A stretch of DNA of 64,000 nt from Octopus vulgaris (Eukaryota). The translations under genes and the position numbers were made by a program. How positions within the stretch are numbered: the first letter of the stretch is position 1; each line of letters opens with the position of its first letter. The notes under the pieces were generated by a model. That model searched no databases. It had not been told where the DNA came from and saw nothing but the letters and a program-made list of their open reading frames with translations. Of the stretch, positions 26,384 to 39,999 are shown piece after piece. Where the stretch lies: contig OX597821.1 in NCBI GenBank assembly GCA_951406725.2, positions 107,694,001-107,758,000 of the forward strand, read 5' to 3'.

Positions 26384-26705
26384 TCTCTCTCTACAAAACG
26401 AGACGGTTAAAAGACATTTCATGTAAAGATATTTTTTAATGGAATTTATAAATTTTGAGTTTTAATTCATCTGAAGAAAATGATATTTTTCATGATGTAA
26501 TCGGTGTATTCTTAACAAAAAAATACGTCTGAAACAACTGTAGGGAGACTCAGCCCATTTGTGTTCTTTATTTCTTCAGCTATCTGTCTGTCACTTTCTC
26601 CCTCCTCTCTCTCTCTCTCTCTCCATACATATATGTGTATGTGTGTCTGTTTATATATATAAGTTTATATGTCTATATAAAGATGTATATACATATGCAT
26701 ATAGT

Positions 26706-26769
<64 letters not shown>

Positions 26770-26886
26770 GTGTGTGTGTGTATGTATGTGTGTGTGTGTG
26801 TGCGTGTGTGTGTATATTCATACATATATATAGATATATAATTTATAGATTTATACACAGACACACAAACACACACACACACACGT

Positions 26887-26919
<33 letters not shown>

Positions 26920-27259
26920 GATAGATTTATACATATAGTTTATAGATTAGAGCATTCTTTCTGTCTACACCTCAATGTAAAATTCTTCCCTGGAGACAGA
27001 GGTTCGTGTTATCCGTTGATAGAATTAGGTTACAATCATTATTTTGGACCCAGAAACACCCGTTGGACTCGTAAAACTCCTACTCAATCCCCTTAATTCA
27101 TGATATCATTTCCGTGAATAAGCTGGACTTATTTTTATATGTATACATATGTATATTTTTTGTACTAAATGTATTTAATTTTATATCGCCTTGCTTAACA
27201 TGCTTGTTCTTAGATTTACTCATATATATAGAATTTTTCTCTTGCCCTTATTTTATAAG

Positions 27260-27299
<40 letters not shown>

Positions 27300-27427
27300 C
27301 TTATAAAATAAGGGCAAGAGAAAAATTCTAATCCCAAATATGCCGAAAAAAAGACAAAATTGTCAATAACCATTATAATTTATGCGTCTCGAAATATGCC
27401 GATAGAAATTTCTAAAAAATTCCGTTA

Positions 27428-27488
27428 TAACCGTATTGGTCCCAATTTCGGGGTTAATTCATAAGAATGTTCCCCTCGTCAGCGATTG
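27428..27488 (-). ncRNA. Type I hammerhead ribozyme, canonical core
   Basis: caatcg-CTGACGA-gggg..cccc-GAAA-ttgggaccaa-TA-cggtta. Confidence 0.9.
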
Positions 27489-28164
27489 ATACGTAAGACA
27501 TAAATGGAATACTTACTCATACCCACGGAAAAAGCAAGCACTAAGTCCCGAGCAGACCTAAGTACCCCAAATATATCCAAAATAGAAAATTTTCAGCACA
27601 TCTCGAGACACGTGTGATTCGATCTAGAAACTTTCATAGAGTGAGAGAATCTGGAAGTGAACACTATTAAATTTATAACCAATGTAGGATAAGATTTTTT
27701 TCGAAAGAAAATTTTTTTATCAATGGCCAGCATATCAAAAAATACCTTTAAAGGTTAAATTTATACATAACTTATAAAATAAGGGCAAGAGAAAAATTCT
27801 AATGCCAAATATGCCGAAAAAATGACAAAATTGTCAATAACCATTAACATTTATGCGTCTCGAAACATGCCGATAAAAATTTCTAAAAAATTCCGTTCTT
27901 TAGAAGGTATTTTTTTGATATGCTGGCCATTGATAAAAATTTTTTCTTTCGAAAAAAATCTTATCCTATATTAGTTATAAATCTAATAGTGTTCACTTCC
28001 AGATTCTCTCACTCTATGAAAGTTTCTAGATCGAATCACACGTGTCTCGAGATGTGCTGAAGATTTTCTATTTTGGATATATTTGGGGTACTTAGGTCTG
28101 CTCGGGACTTAGTGCTTGCTTTTTCCGTGGGTATGAGTAAGTATTCCATTTATGTCTTACGCTT

Positions 28165-28225
28165 TAATCGCTGACGAGGGGAAAATTCTTATGAATTAAC
28201 CCCGAAATTGGGACCAATACGGTTA
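28165..28225 (+). ncRNA. Type I hammerhead ribozyme, canonical core
   Basis: taatcg-CTGACGA-gggg-aa-aattc-ttat-gaatt-aa-cccc-GAAA-ttgg-ga-ccaa-TA-cggtta. All three stems pair; predicted cut after 28219. Confidence 0.92.
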
Positions 28226-28353
28226 TAACGGAATTTTTTAGAAATTTCTATCGGCATATTTCGAGACGCATAAATTATAATGGTTATTGACAATTTTGTC
28301 TTTTTTTCGGCATATTTGGGATTAGAATTTTTCTCTTGCCCTTATTTTATAAG

Positions 28354-28790
<437 letters not shown>

Positions 28791-28793
28791 TAT

Positions 28794-28824
<31 letters not shown>

Positions 28825-28844
28825 CATACATACATATATATATA

Positions 28845-29468
28845 CTTACTTTGATACTTTGATAGGTTTCGGCCAGCATTGGCCCAGGCCATGTCTAAAT
28901 TAATAGCACCACCTGGCAAAGTCATTCACATCCAGAATCGGACAACATGGCCCATGCAAGGAGCGAGTTGTTGTTTATGGAGACATATGCGGGTGTAGGA
29001 GGTTTATCCGGAAATTTTTGAAGGAATCTCTCCAAATACTTCTTAAACTTTATGGGGTTTGTTTCTACTTCGATGTGTTTTGGTGTAATGTTAAAGAGAG
29101 CGGGGCCAATTGAGATGAAATAACTGTGCCGCATTGTTGCTATGTGATGCGAGTATGATTTATGTCGAGGGCGGATAGTACGGGGTTCAAGGTTTGGGTA
29201 TATTTTAAAGGCGATGCCAACATCATTTGGACAATGCGGATGGAATATTTTCCACATTATGCGGATGATGTAGCGCTCACAGCGGCGTTGGGAAGAATAA
29301 CACTTGAGCTTTTCTAGTCGGCTCAATAGTCAAAGCCCGTCGTGCCATCTATCTTTTTTGTAATTGATCTTTGAGGTGCTTCAATTTTCATGATGCTTTG
29401 TTCCGTGTGGGGAGACCACAGTGGATAACAGCATTCAAGTTCGGGTCGGGTAAAAGTAGATAAGAGAA
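28845..29468 (-). mobile_element. CR1/L2-group LINE 3' fragment
   Basis: Minus translation ..PELECCYPLWSPH..KIEAPQRSITKKI..RLEKLKCYSSQRRCERY..GPALFNITP is typical of the CR1-group ORF2 C-terminus. Confidence 0.85.
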
Positions 29469-29730
29469 GTATATATATATATGTATATGCTTATATATAT
29501 ATACACGAGTGACTTTACAACGAAAGAAAGTGACAGGAGCCTGACGTCTTATGCTCGCTTGATGGACCTATGATACTAGCTGCTATTAAATAATATATAT
29601 TACATATATATATGCATAGTCATACATATATATATACACACTCACACATATATATCTTTCTCTCTCTTCCTCTATCTCTCTCTCTCTTTCTATATATATA
29701 TATATATATAAATATATCTATATATCTATA

Positions 29731-29786
<56 letters not shown>

Positions 29787-29788
<2 letters not shown>

Positions 29789-29949
29789 CGTAAGAGTGGC
29801 TGTGTGGTAAGAATATTGCTTCCCAACCGCATGGGTCCTGGTTCAGTCCCACTGCCTGGTACCTTGGACAAGTGTCGTCTACTCTAACCTTGGGCCGACC
29901 AAAGCTTTGTGAGTGGATTTAGTAGACGTAAATTGAAAGAAGCCCGTCG

Positions 29950-29950
<1 letters not shown>
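29787..29950 (+). mobile_element. SINE family C, 5' half
   Basis: Homology to other copies. Confidence 0.88.
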
Positions 29951-30015
<65 letters not shown>

Positions 30016-30035
30016 AAGATGAAAGGAGAGATACT

Positions 30036-30262
30036 GAGGCACGTGTCTTAGCGGTTTTAGCCTTATGACTGTAAGACTGTTATTTCAATTCTTTGACCGA
30101 GAGATACGTTGTGTTCTGCAAAACACTTCATTTCATGTTGCTCCAGTTTACTCAGCTCGAAAAGAGTGAATAATCCTGGGAATTCCGTGCAGGGGAGGAT
30201 GAAGTCTATGCGGCAGAGAGTCCAGGAAACCGGCCAATGAGTCTGTATGACTCGGGAAGGAG
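30036..30262 (+). mobile_element. Old tRNA-derived SINE (domain B + another tail)
   Basis: acacttcatttcatgttgctccagtttactcagct domain; decayed head. Confidence 0.65.
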
Positions 30263-31058
30263 AGCTATAAGTAAAGATGGGCTACAATGTCATATATCGA
30301 ACTAACTGCTCTGACAGCCACACCAAAGCCATACACATCTTTAAAAATACAGAATACCGTTTGGATCATTCAATTGAAAGCAGTAATACATTAGATGCTG
30401 TTTTATGGGTCAGGGAGCAAAATTTGCGCACCGTCATAGAGATTAGATGCTCGACGGCCTGAAATGTCTTGTCAAAAATCCTGCAGAAAAGCAGGATGCC
30501 TGTAGAGGAATACTGAGAAACATGCAGCTTAAATCCTAGCCATAGGGTTATATTTGGCCCTGTAATTATCGTAGGTGTATGGGGCCACGTAACAATAAAA
30601 AAAAAGTCTAGAGTTGCTTGGTTTTTAAAAAAATGAGGCAAGGAATTATATTTTCCAAATTAAAGAAATTCAGAAAATTATTTCTAAAACATTTCAAGCA
30701 TTCTTCATTTAATGTTCAGTTTGTGCACATATCCACACACACACACATACACATACACATACACGGGGCTTTCCACTTATGGGCTTTAGAGCGCACCGTT
30801 CCGTGGCCTTTCACTTGACGATGTTACAGCGGACAGTCCTACCTAACATTTGTCCATTGATCTCACCGCTCCCTTTGGACAGCATTAGTGATCTGGAGAA
30901 GAAAGAATTTCAATGCATCGGCTGACAACTGCCGGTTTTTTCCAGATAACGTAGTGCAATCCTGAATCTAAGAGACGAAAGCGAAACTTCCCAGGTGCAG
31001 ATATTTAGAACGTCTTAACCGACAATAAAGACTATTGTTACGTACGAGCGCATATGTA

Positions 31059-31094
<36 letters not shown>

Positions 31095-31112
31095 TGTATG
31101 TATGTATGTATG

Positions 31113-31214
<102 letters not shown>

Positions 31215-31946
31215 CATATGGGGGTGGAGGGCATGGGGATATGCGAGTCTGTATCAAAGATACGCATGCGTATTCATGCAACCACAAAATTCTTGTGAAT
31301 AGGATTTAGAAGTTATCCCGTTCTTTGTTAATCTCTTTGCTTTTTACGTGACATCGCGTCAACATCGTTCTTTAGACTTCTGGGTGGGGGGGGGAGGGGT
31401 TGTTTTATATCTTTTTATAGCTTGTTCTTCATAACTTTCCATTTTAATCTGTACCAAGTCAATCTTTATCCTTCCACCAAACGATGGATCAGTTTATTTT
31501 TGGTGAGATGGTGGGAGGAAGCGAGAAGGCATTTGGTTGCCAACATGGTGGTGGCGGTGGTGGCGGCGGCGGTGGCGGGTGTTGTAGCTGTTGGTGGTGG
31601 TCGTCGTTGTCGTCGTTGTGAGGTGGTGGTAGTGGTGGTGGTAGTGGTGGTGGTAGTGGTGGTGGTGGTGGTAGTAGTGGAAGTATTTGAGATGTAGGCT
31701 AAATGCTTTGTTGTCAGTCAATGCGATATTGTCGTTGATTACTTCATATAATTATAAACATTACCTTATTAGGCGGATAATAAATAGGCCAATACGCAAC
31801 CGCCCCCACCGAAAACACTGCCAACACCACTGCTGTAGCCACAACCACCGAGCCCGTCACTGCCATCACAGCCACTGCCTCCACCGTCACCGTTGTGCTA
31901 CTGTCACCGCCATCATTGCCACCGCCTTCCACTGCCCCCCCCCCTG

Positions 31947-32281
31947 CCTTTCGCCGCTATCGTCGCCTTTTGCCGCTGCCGCCGCCCTTCGGCAGTGTTG
32001 CTGTCTTTCACCGCTGCCGTCGCCTTTCGCCGCTAACGACGCCTTTCGCAGCTACCGCTACCTTTCACATATGCCGCCGCCTTTCGCCGCTGCCGCCGGC
32101 TTTTGTCGCTGCCACCGCCTTTCGCCATTGCCGCTGCCCTTCGCCGCTGCTGCCGCTTTCACCGCTATCACCGCCTTTCGCAACTACCACCGCCTTTCGC
32201 CGCCACCGCCCACCTTTTACCCATGCCCCCGCCTTTCGCCGCTGCTGTCGCCGCTTTTCGCCGCCACCTTCCGCCGCTGCC
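31947..32281. repeat. GC-rich 19-bp minisatellite (cctttcgccgctgccgccg), about 17 copies
   Basis: Units parsed by eye; the period is not a multiple of 3. Confidence 0.9.
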
Positions 32282-32550
32282 TCAGTCGGGTTTAGTTTGT
32301 AACTTGACCTTGGCGAACCATTGGTATATCTAGTATGTGGACGTTAAGCTTGCAAGAAATAACAACGAAATCTCTGTCAAATAAAGGATGCTCAAGGCTT
32401 GGAGTCTCATTGATGCTCGGTCTACTCCATCGGGCTCGACCTAGAGTTTCGCAACAACACATCGTAACTCCAGTAGCCACACTGAATGCCATTACAATTA
32501 CAACAATCATCACTGTTAAAAAGAATTCCTACCCCACCAGCTTAGTCATT

Positions 32551-32595
<45 letters not shown>

Positions 32596-32765
32596 CACCA
32601 CCACCACCACCACCACCACCACCACCACCACTACTACTACTACTACTTACTACTACCACTACTCCTACCACCACCACCACTACTACTATTACTATACCAC
32701 CACCACCACCACCACCACCATACTACTACTACTACTACTACTACTACTACCTACCACCACCACCA

Positions 32766-32817
<52 letters not shown>

Positions 32818-32871
32818 GTTACCACACCACCACCACCATCACTACTACTACTACTACTACAACTACTACTA

Positions 32872-32908
<37 letters not shown>

Positions 32909-33209
32909 CTGAATGAATAACTACATATATACATGCAAACAACAAACATACGCATGCATAAACTCAAAGAAGCATGTGTGCATGCTCGGCATACGGCATG
33001 CATATTTCCATAAATATAAGCATCGTCTATACGTCTATACATACATACATATATATATATATATATGGTGTGTATATGTGAGTGATAGTGCATATCAATG
33101 TGTGTTTATATATATATATAAATATATATATCCGTCCGTTTGTATACTACTGTACGTGTTTGACTTCTGAAAATATTCACGTAATGCAACGCAATCCTTA
33201 TTTTTGGCC

Positions 33210-33277
<68 letters not shown>

Positions 33278-33883
33278 ATGTATATGTGTATATATATGTA
33301 TACATATACGCATATATATATGTATATAGTTATGTATATATATATATATATATATACACAGAATATTTGTGTATATATACATGTACACAATATATGTGTG
33401 TGTATGTGTGTGTGTGCGTGTGCGTATGTGTGTGTATGTCTGTATATATACATATATATGTTTGCCTGTATATATACACACAAACACACACGCACACACA
33501 AACATACACACACACATATATGCACGAATAGTAACAAATCTACTTAGAGACGAGCATAAATAGATACCGAGCAAAAGTATTTCTTTAATAGCATCAAAAA
33601 TATATATAAAAAAAAAGAATACTAAGAACATAGATGAAGAATAAATAAAATAGACAAACATTAACAACAACAACAAGAAGAACAATAATAAGAGCAAGAA
33701 AAATTATGTTTTCTTCGATATATTAATGTTGTGCTGCAAGCAGTGAAGTGCATTCCTAGAGTTAATCCGTTTATATTCTGCTTTTTGGAAAAAAAGGTAG
33801 ATTTTGTTATATGATAAGTTGAGGGAGACAAAAATCTAAAGAGAAGAAGAGAAAAAAAGCAGGAATAATAAAAAATGTATATA

Positions 33884-33947
<64 letters not shown>

Positions 33948-33948
33948 C

Positions 33949-34037
<89 letters not shown>

Positions 34038-34707
34038 TATAGCTAATAATAAGCTATATATAGCTTATGATGACGGTTACAATGACGACGACGACAACGA
34101 CGATGACGACGATGACGATGATAACGATGACGACGAGAATGGTTGTCGAGGTGGTAGTGCTGGTGGTAGTGGTGGTTGTGGTGGTGGTAATGGTTGTGGT
34201 TGTGGTGGTAGTGGTGGTGATGGTGGTGTGATGGTGGTGATGAGGATGATGATGATGACGAAGAAGAGGAGCATGAGGAGGAGAAGGAGGAGGATCAGAA
34301 GCAGGAGGAGTAGGTGGAGGACGAAGACGACAGTGGCGGTGATGATGATGATGATGATGAAGAGGACGATGACAACGACGACGACGACGATAATGATGAC
34401 GATGATGATAACGACAATAATGGCAGTCACTAGAAATATTCATGACAAAAGCTGCGGTGTGTAAGAGAGACGACGACGTGGATGTTTAGTTGTTGAGGAA
34501 AGAGGAGAATAATGGAGAAAGTGGAGGGAGGAGGAGAGATAAAGTGGGAGAGGTAGAGAGAGAGAAGAGAAAGACGTATTGAAAATTAAGGACGACACTT
34601 TCAACACCCCTTATAAAGTTTTTTTAAAGTCTAATATATTCCTATGTAGTCTTATACGATCTTACAAATATCTATTTTGCAATACTGGGGAGAGACTTTT
34701 TGAACAT

Positions 34708-34742
<35 letters not shown>

Positions 34743-34745
<3 letters not shown>

Positions 34746-35001
34746 ATCACGTGACCGACCAGACCATCAGATGTTGTTACACATCGCTGGTCACAATGCG
34801 TTCGCATTGTTTTAGCCTTCGAATGACGCCACCTCACTGGCTAAGCGAGCAGGCCAACAGAAGAAAGAGTGGGAGAAAGAGTGGTGAAAGAGTACAGCAG
34901 GGATCACCACCCCCCCTGCCGGAGCCTCGTGGAGCTTTTAGGAGTTTTCGCTCAATAAACACACACAACGCCCGGTCTGGGAATCGAAACTGCGATCCTG
35001 C

Positions 35002-35003
<2 letters not shown>
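34743..35003 (-). mobile_element. tRNA-derived SINE (domain A + tail 2), head truncated
   Basis: Tail 2 joined to gtgaaagagtacagcaggg...gctcaataaacac. Confidence 0.88.
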
Positions 35004-35049
<46 letters not shown>

Positions 35050-35272
35050 AAACTAAAAGAAAATGACTCAGAGACAGACAGAAAGAAGGAAAATGCTCCT
35101 TGTATTTGTATATTATGCAAATATTCTTCAAAAAAAAATTTCATGTAATTTTTCCAAAATTAAATTTTTTTCCATGCTTAGGAGTTGAAAAAGTCTCAAT
35201 AACTGAAACCAGTACTAAAATAGTGTTTTGTAATAAAATTATCTTAGCATTTTCTACCTTGACATATTTTCC

Positions 35273-35304
<32 letters not shown>

Positions 35305-35650
35305 ACTTCAATATTTCTCAGTCTCTCTGACTTCCTGTCGCATTGTAGATCTAATAAAAATGTTTCTGACGCGCATCGCAAAGAAATTTACAAGAAGAAA
35401 AATTACTTTGAAAGTTTAAAATATATATTATAAGAAGAAAAAAATTGTTTATCTTCGTAAATGATCTTCGTTGCCTATAACAAAATTATGAATGACACGT
35501 TTTTTCAAGATTCAAACATTAAAATGGATTTTTCTAGCTTAAAGTCTGATATTTTTTTAAAATCTGGAATGCATCGGTTCAACAAGAAAAGCAGACACAG
35601 ACGCGCACGCGCACAGACTCACGCACGCCCACTCACCCACAGACACACAC

Positions 35651-35722
<72 letters not shown>

Positions 35723-35733
35723 AGGGAGACATG

Positions 35734-35767
<34 letters not shown>

Positions 35768-35937
35768 AGAAGAGAGAGAGGGACAGAGAGGGACAGAGAG
35801 AGTTTATATATGTGTGCGAGCTTATATATATATATATATATATACATATATACATATGTGTGTGTGCATGTCTATCTATCTATTTATGTATCGATCTAGC
35901 TATCTTTGTATCTATCTATCTATCTACCTATCTATCG

Positions 35938-36108
35938 TCACAAGGTTCGCCCTTTGAAATACAGGATAACTCATTTTTGCCAGCTGAGTGAATTGGAGAA
36001 ATGGGAAATAAAATGTCTTGCTCAAGAACACAACGCGGCTCCGTGTATCGAACTCAAAGCCTTACAATCGTGAGCCTAATACTTCAACCACTTAGTCATG
36101 CCCATTCA
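35938..36108 (-). mobile_element. SINE (domain B + partial tail 1)
   Basis: ccctttgaaatacagg...gccagctgagtgaattggag...tcttgctcaagaacacaac. Confidence 0.75.
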
Positions 36109-36183
36109 CAACGGAGCCAGTAGAACATTTGTGAAAAGTCTTCGGACCTCACATGGAGCGAATCGAAATGTCCCAAAATTTTA

Positions 36184-37340
36184 CCTGTCCAATGCGTTTT
36201 CCTAAGTTTGTCCTAAACGTCTACTCTTGTTTTCAGCCTTTTACTTTCTCCATTGCTTCCTAGGTTCTGGATAATGTAAAGCTTTCCTTTCATAAGTCCC
36301 AAGTTACACTGATGGCTGACATAAAATTGGGAATACGTATCATATGTAATGGAAGGATGCCAGAGAAATATATCCTGTGTATCATCTGCGATACGATTGA
36401 CTATTCTACATGGTTGTGTGTCTGGATATATAAATCACTATCCGTTTAACCCTTACCCTGTTAGAATCCTTTTCAAAGGCTTGTCCTAAACGTGTACGTT
36501 TGTTTTCAGCCTTTCAGTTAGTTCTTGTTTCATTCGTACTGTATATTATAAAGCCTTCATTCATGAGTCCCAAGTTACACTCTGGTGGTCGAAAATATTT
36601 GTGGACATGTATCCTATATGATGTATCATATATGTATCTCTTATATGGCTGCCAGGGGGATATACCCTGTGCATTAGATGTGATGCACAAGTCTGGCAAA
36701 GGGTTGAATCTGTTGTTGTAGATCCATGATTGGAAAGATATGACTGTGATGTCATCTGCAAATGTATGTCTGTGGCTATCTGGATGTTCTGGGTTTACTT
36801 TAACCATTTTCCTGTCCAAACCATTTTCATAAGTTTGTCTTAAACGTCCCTGCTTGTTTCCAGTCTTTTAGCTAATCCTTGCTTCATGTCATTCTAAGTT
36901 ATACAAAGCTTTGTTTTCATTACTGCCAATTTACTCTAGCAGTTGAAATACAAAATTACAATCGAGTCTGTGAATCATATCAGATGCATGGATACCAGAG
37001 ATATCTCTGTGTATCATCTGCGATATAACTTAGTATTCTACATGATTGTGCATCTGGATATGTAATCCACTCTCCATTCAACTCACTCCCTGTTCAAAGC
37101 ATTTCCATAAGTTTATTCTAAACGTCCATATTTGTTTTCAAACTTTTAGTTAAGCCCTTCAATAATAAAAAAAAACCCTTCTATAACACAAGGTCCTTCA
37201 ATAATGTAAAGTTTTCCTTTCATAAGTTGCTAATTAGTCTGTTGGTTGAAGTGTGTATCATATATGATGTCTGGAGGCCAGGAAAATGTGTCTTGCGCAT
37301 TACATGTGGTGCACAGGACTGGCAAAGGGTCGAGTCATAT
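36184..37340. repeat. Diverged tandem array of four units of about 270-355 bp in short/long/short/long order
   Basis: Anchor cctgt..ttt.cataagtttgtcctaaacgt....ttgttttcag at 36184, 36456, 36811 and 37089. Confidence 0.85.
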
Positions 37341-38455
37341 GGAGTTTGAGACTTGAATGATCTTTGTGAATTAGGACTTGGTTATGTTGTTCAATAATCG
37401 GTTCTGCGTTGTATTTTTGTCGGGTCACGGACGTCAGTGTCAAAAAGGTATATTATGTGGTCCTCTTGTTTTGTGATTGTCGGTCAGGGCAAATTATGAA
37501 TCAGATCGTGGTTTGCTAATTGTTGAATAACAATCTCATTCTCTCTCTCTTTTTCCTCTCACGCTCTCTCTCTCTCTTTCTTTCACTCTCTCTCTTTCTT
37601 TCTCTCTCTCTCTTTCTTTCTCTCTCTCTCTCTTTCTTTCTCTCTCTCTCTTTCTTTCTCTCCCCTCTCTTCTTCTCTTTCTTACTTTCATTCTCTCTCT
37701 CTCTCACTCTCTTACTCCCTTATGCACTTTCTTTCTCTCTCTTCCTCTCTTCTTTACTTTCATTCTCTTTCTCTCTCTCTATTCCTCTGCCTATGCACTT
37801 TCTATTTTTCTCTCTCTCTATTCCTCTGTCTAACACTTTCTTTTTCTCCCGCTCTCTCTTCCTCACTTACTTGCTTTGTTACTTTCATTCTCTCTCTCTC
37901 TCTTCCTCTGCCTCACACTCTCTCTCTTTCCCTCTTTCTCTTCCTCTCTTCGTCTCTTACTTTTATTCTCTTTCTTTCGCTCCTTCCTCCTCTCTTATGT
38001 ATTCTCTCTCTATTAATCTGTCTCACACTTTCTCTTTCTCTCTCTCTCTCTTTCTTTCTCTCTATTACTGTACCTCACACTTTCTCACTCTCTCTTCCTC
38101 CTTTACTATATATTTTGCTTTCATTCTCTCTCCCTTTCGTCCATTTTCTTTCTCTCTCCCTCTCTGCTATTACCCCCCTCTTCTTCCCTCCATCTCCCTA
38201 CTTCCTCCCCTGCCATCCAACCTGACGCCAGTTACCAATAATATCAAGACACTGTTTATCGTTCATGTAGCGATGCTCCATTCCCGATGCGTCTTCTTGT
38301 CTAATTAATGATGTCTCTTATCTATTCCATAATTGCTATTATGAATATTATCATTGTTGTGGGTATCATCATCCTCCTCCTCATCATCATCATCAACACC
38401 ACGACCACGACCACCACGACCACCACCATCACCACTATCATCATCAACATCATCG

Positions 38456-38506
<51 letters not shown>

Positions 38507-38748
38507 ACATCATTATTATTTGGTGCCACAGATTACAGTTATTGTAATTTGAAAAGAAAAAGAAATGCATATATATATACATACATACATACATACATAC
38601 ATACAAACAAACATAATATACATATACACATGTAATATGAATATATATATATATATATGCATACGTGTATATGTGCATGTATATGATATACATTTACTTA
38701 TATATGTATATATTTTTATTTATATACATATATATATATATATGTATA

Positions 38749-38812
<64 letters not shown>

Positions 38813-38921
38813 ATCTATACATATATATATATATACACGATGAAAATGAGAGGCAATTTAGAAAAATGTTATAACAACAACTACAATGACAACAACCTCA
38901 ACAACAACATTAATAATAGCA

Positions 38922-39002
<81 letters not shown>

Positions 39003-39040
39003 CAATAATAATAATAATAATGATGATGATGATGAGGAGG

Positions 39041-39164
<124 letters not shown>

Positions 39165-39537
39165 CTTTACAAAATAATAGTAAAAACAACGACGCTTGTG
39201 AAAACGGTGACAGCATCGATAATGATGAGGATGACGACGACAACGACGACGACGACGGCGACGGCAATGATTTGCCGCAAGTGCACAATAAAAACGTGTC
39301 ATTTAAATAGACTAGAGAGAATAATTGTCAAAAAGAAAAAAAAACCCGAAAAAACAAAATTTTGGCTCTGAACAAAAACGTGATAGTTGGTGAATTAAAT
39401 AATTCGCTTTCTTTCCATTAACGAAGCAAAACAAAAAACGAGAGAAAAATGTGACCAACAATACATGATAATATATAAAAAGATAAAATGATAATGAGTA
39501 TGATGATGATGATGATGATGATGATGAAAGCGTTTAC

Positions 39538-39593
<56 letters not shown>

Positions 39594-39594
<1 letters not shown>

Positions 39595-39808
39595 AGCGAC
39601 GAGCTGGCAGAATCATTAAGCACGCCGGGCGAATTACTTATCGGTATTTCGTCTGTCTTTACGTTATGAGTCCAAATTCCACCGTGGTTGACTTTGCCTT
39701 TCATCCTTTCGGGGTCGATAAAATACGTACTGGTTGAACACTGGGGTCGATGTTCTTGACTTGTCCCCTCTCTCAGGTTTCAGACTCTTGTGCCTTTTGT
39801 AGAAAGGA
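39594..39808 (+). mobile_element. Meta-domain SINE within (TAT)n/(CTT)n
   Basis: gcgacgagctggcagaatc...gcctttcatcctttcggggtcgataaa. Confidence 0.9.
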
Positions 39809-39865
39809 TTGTTATTATTATTATTTCTTCTTCTTCTTCTTCTTCTTCTTCTTCTTCTTCTTCTT

Positions 39866-39978
<113 letters not shown>

Positions 39979-39999
39979 GCTAGTGGATACTAATTTAGT

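Noticed and set aside
27023-27068. Possible decayed HHR (TTGATAG..gaccca-GAAA-cacccgtt-gga); similar case at 22583-22618
   Set aside because: Core too damaged to call without a family consensus.
31687-32916. Pro/Ala/His-rich ORFs
   Set aside because: Produced by a 19-bp non-triplet minisatellite and (CAC)/(TAC) repeats; open in several frames.
36184-37340. CRISPR-like or coding interpretation of the tandem array
   Set aside because: Whole units are homologous with no unique spacers, there is no cas context, the sequence is eukaryotic, and stops differ among units.
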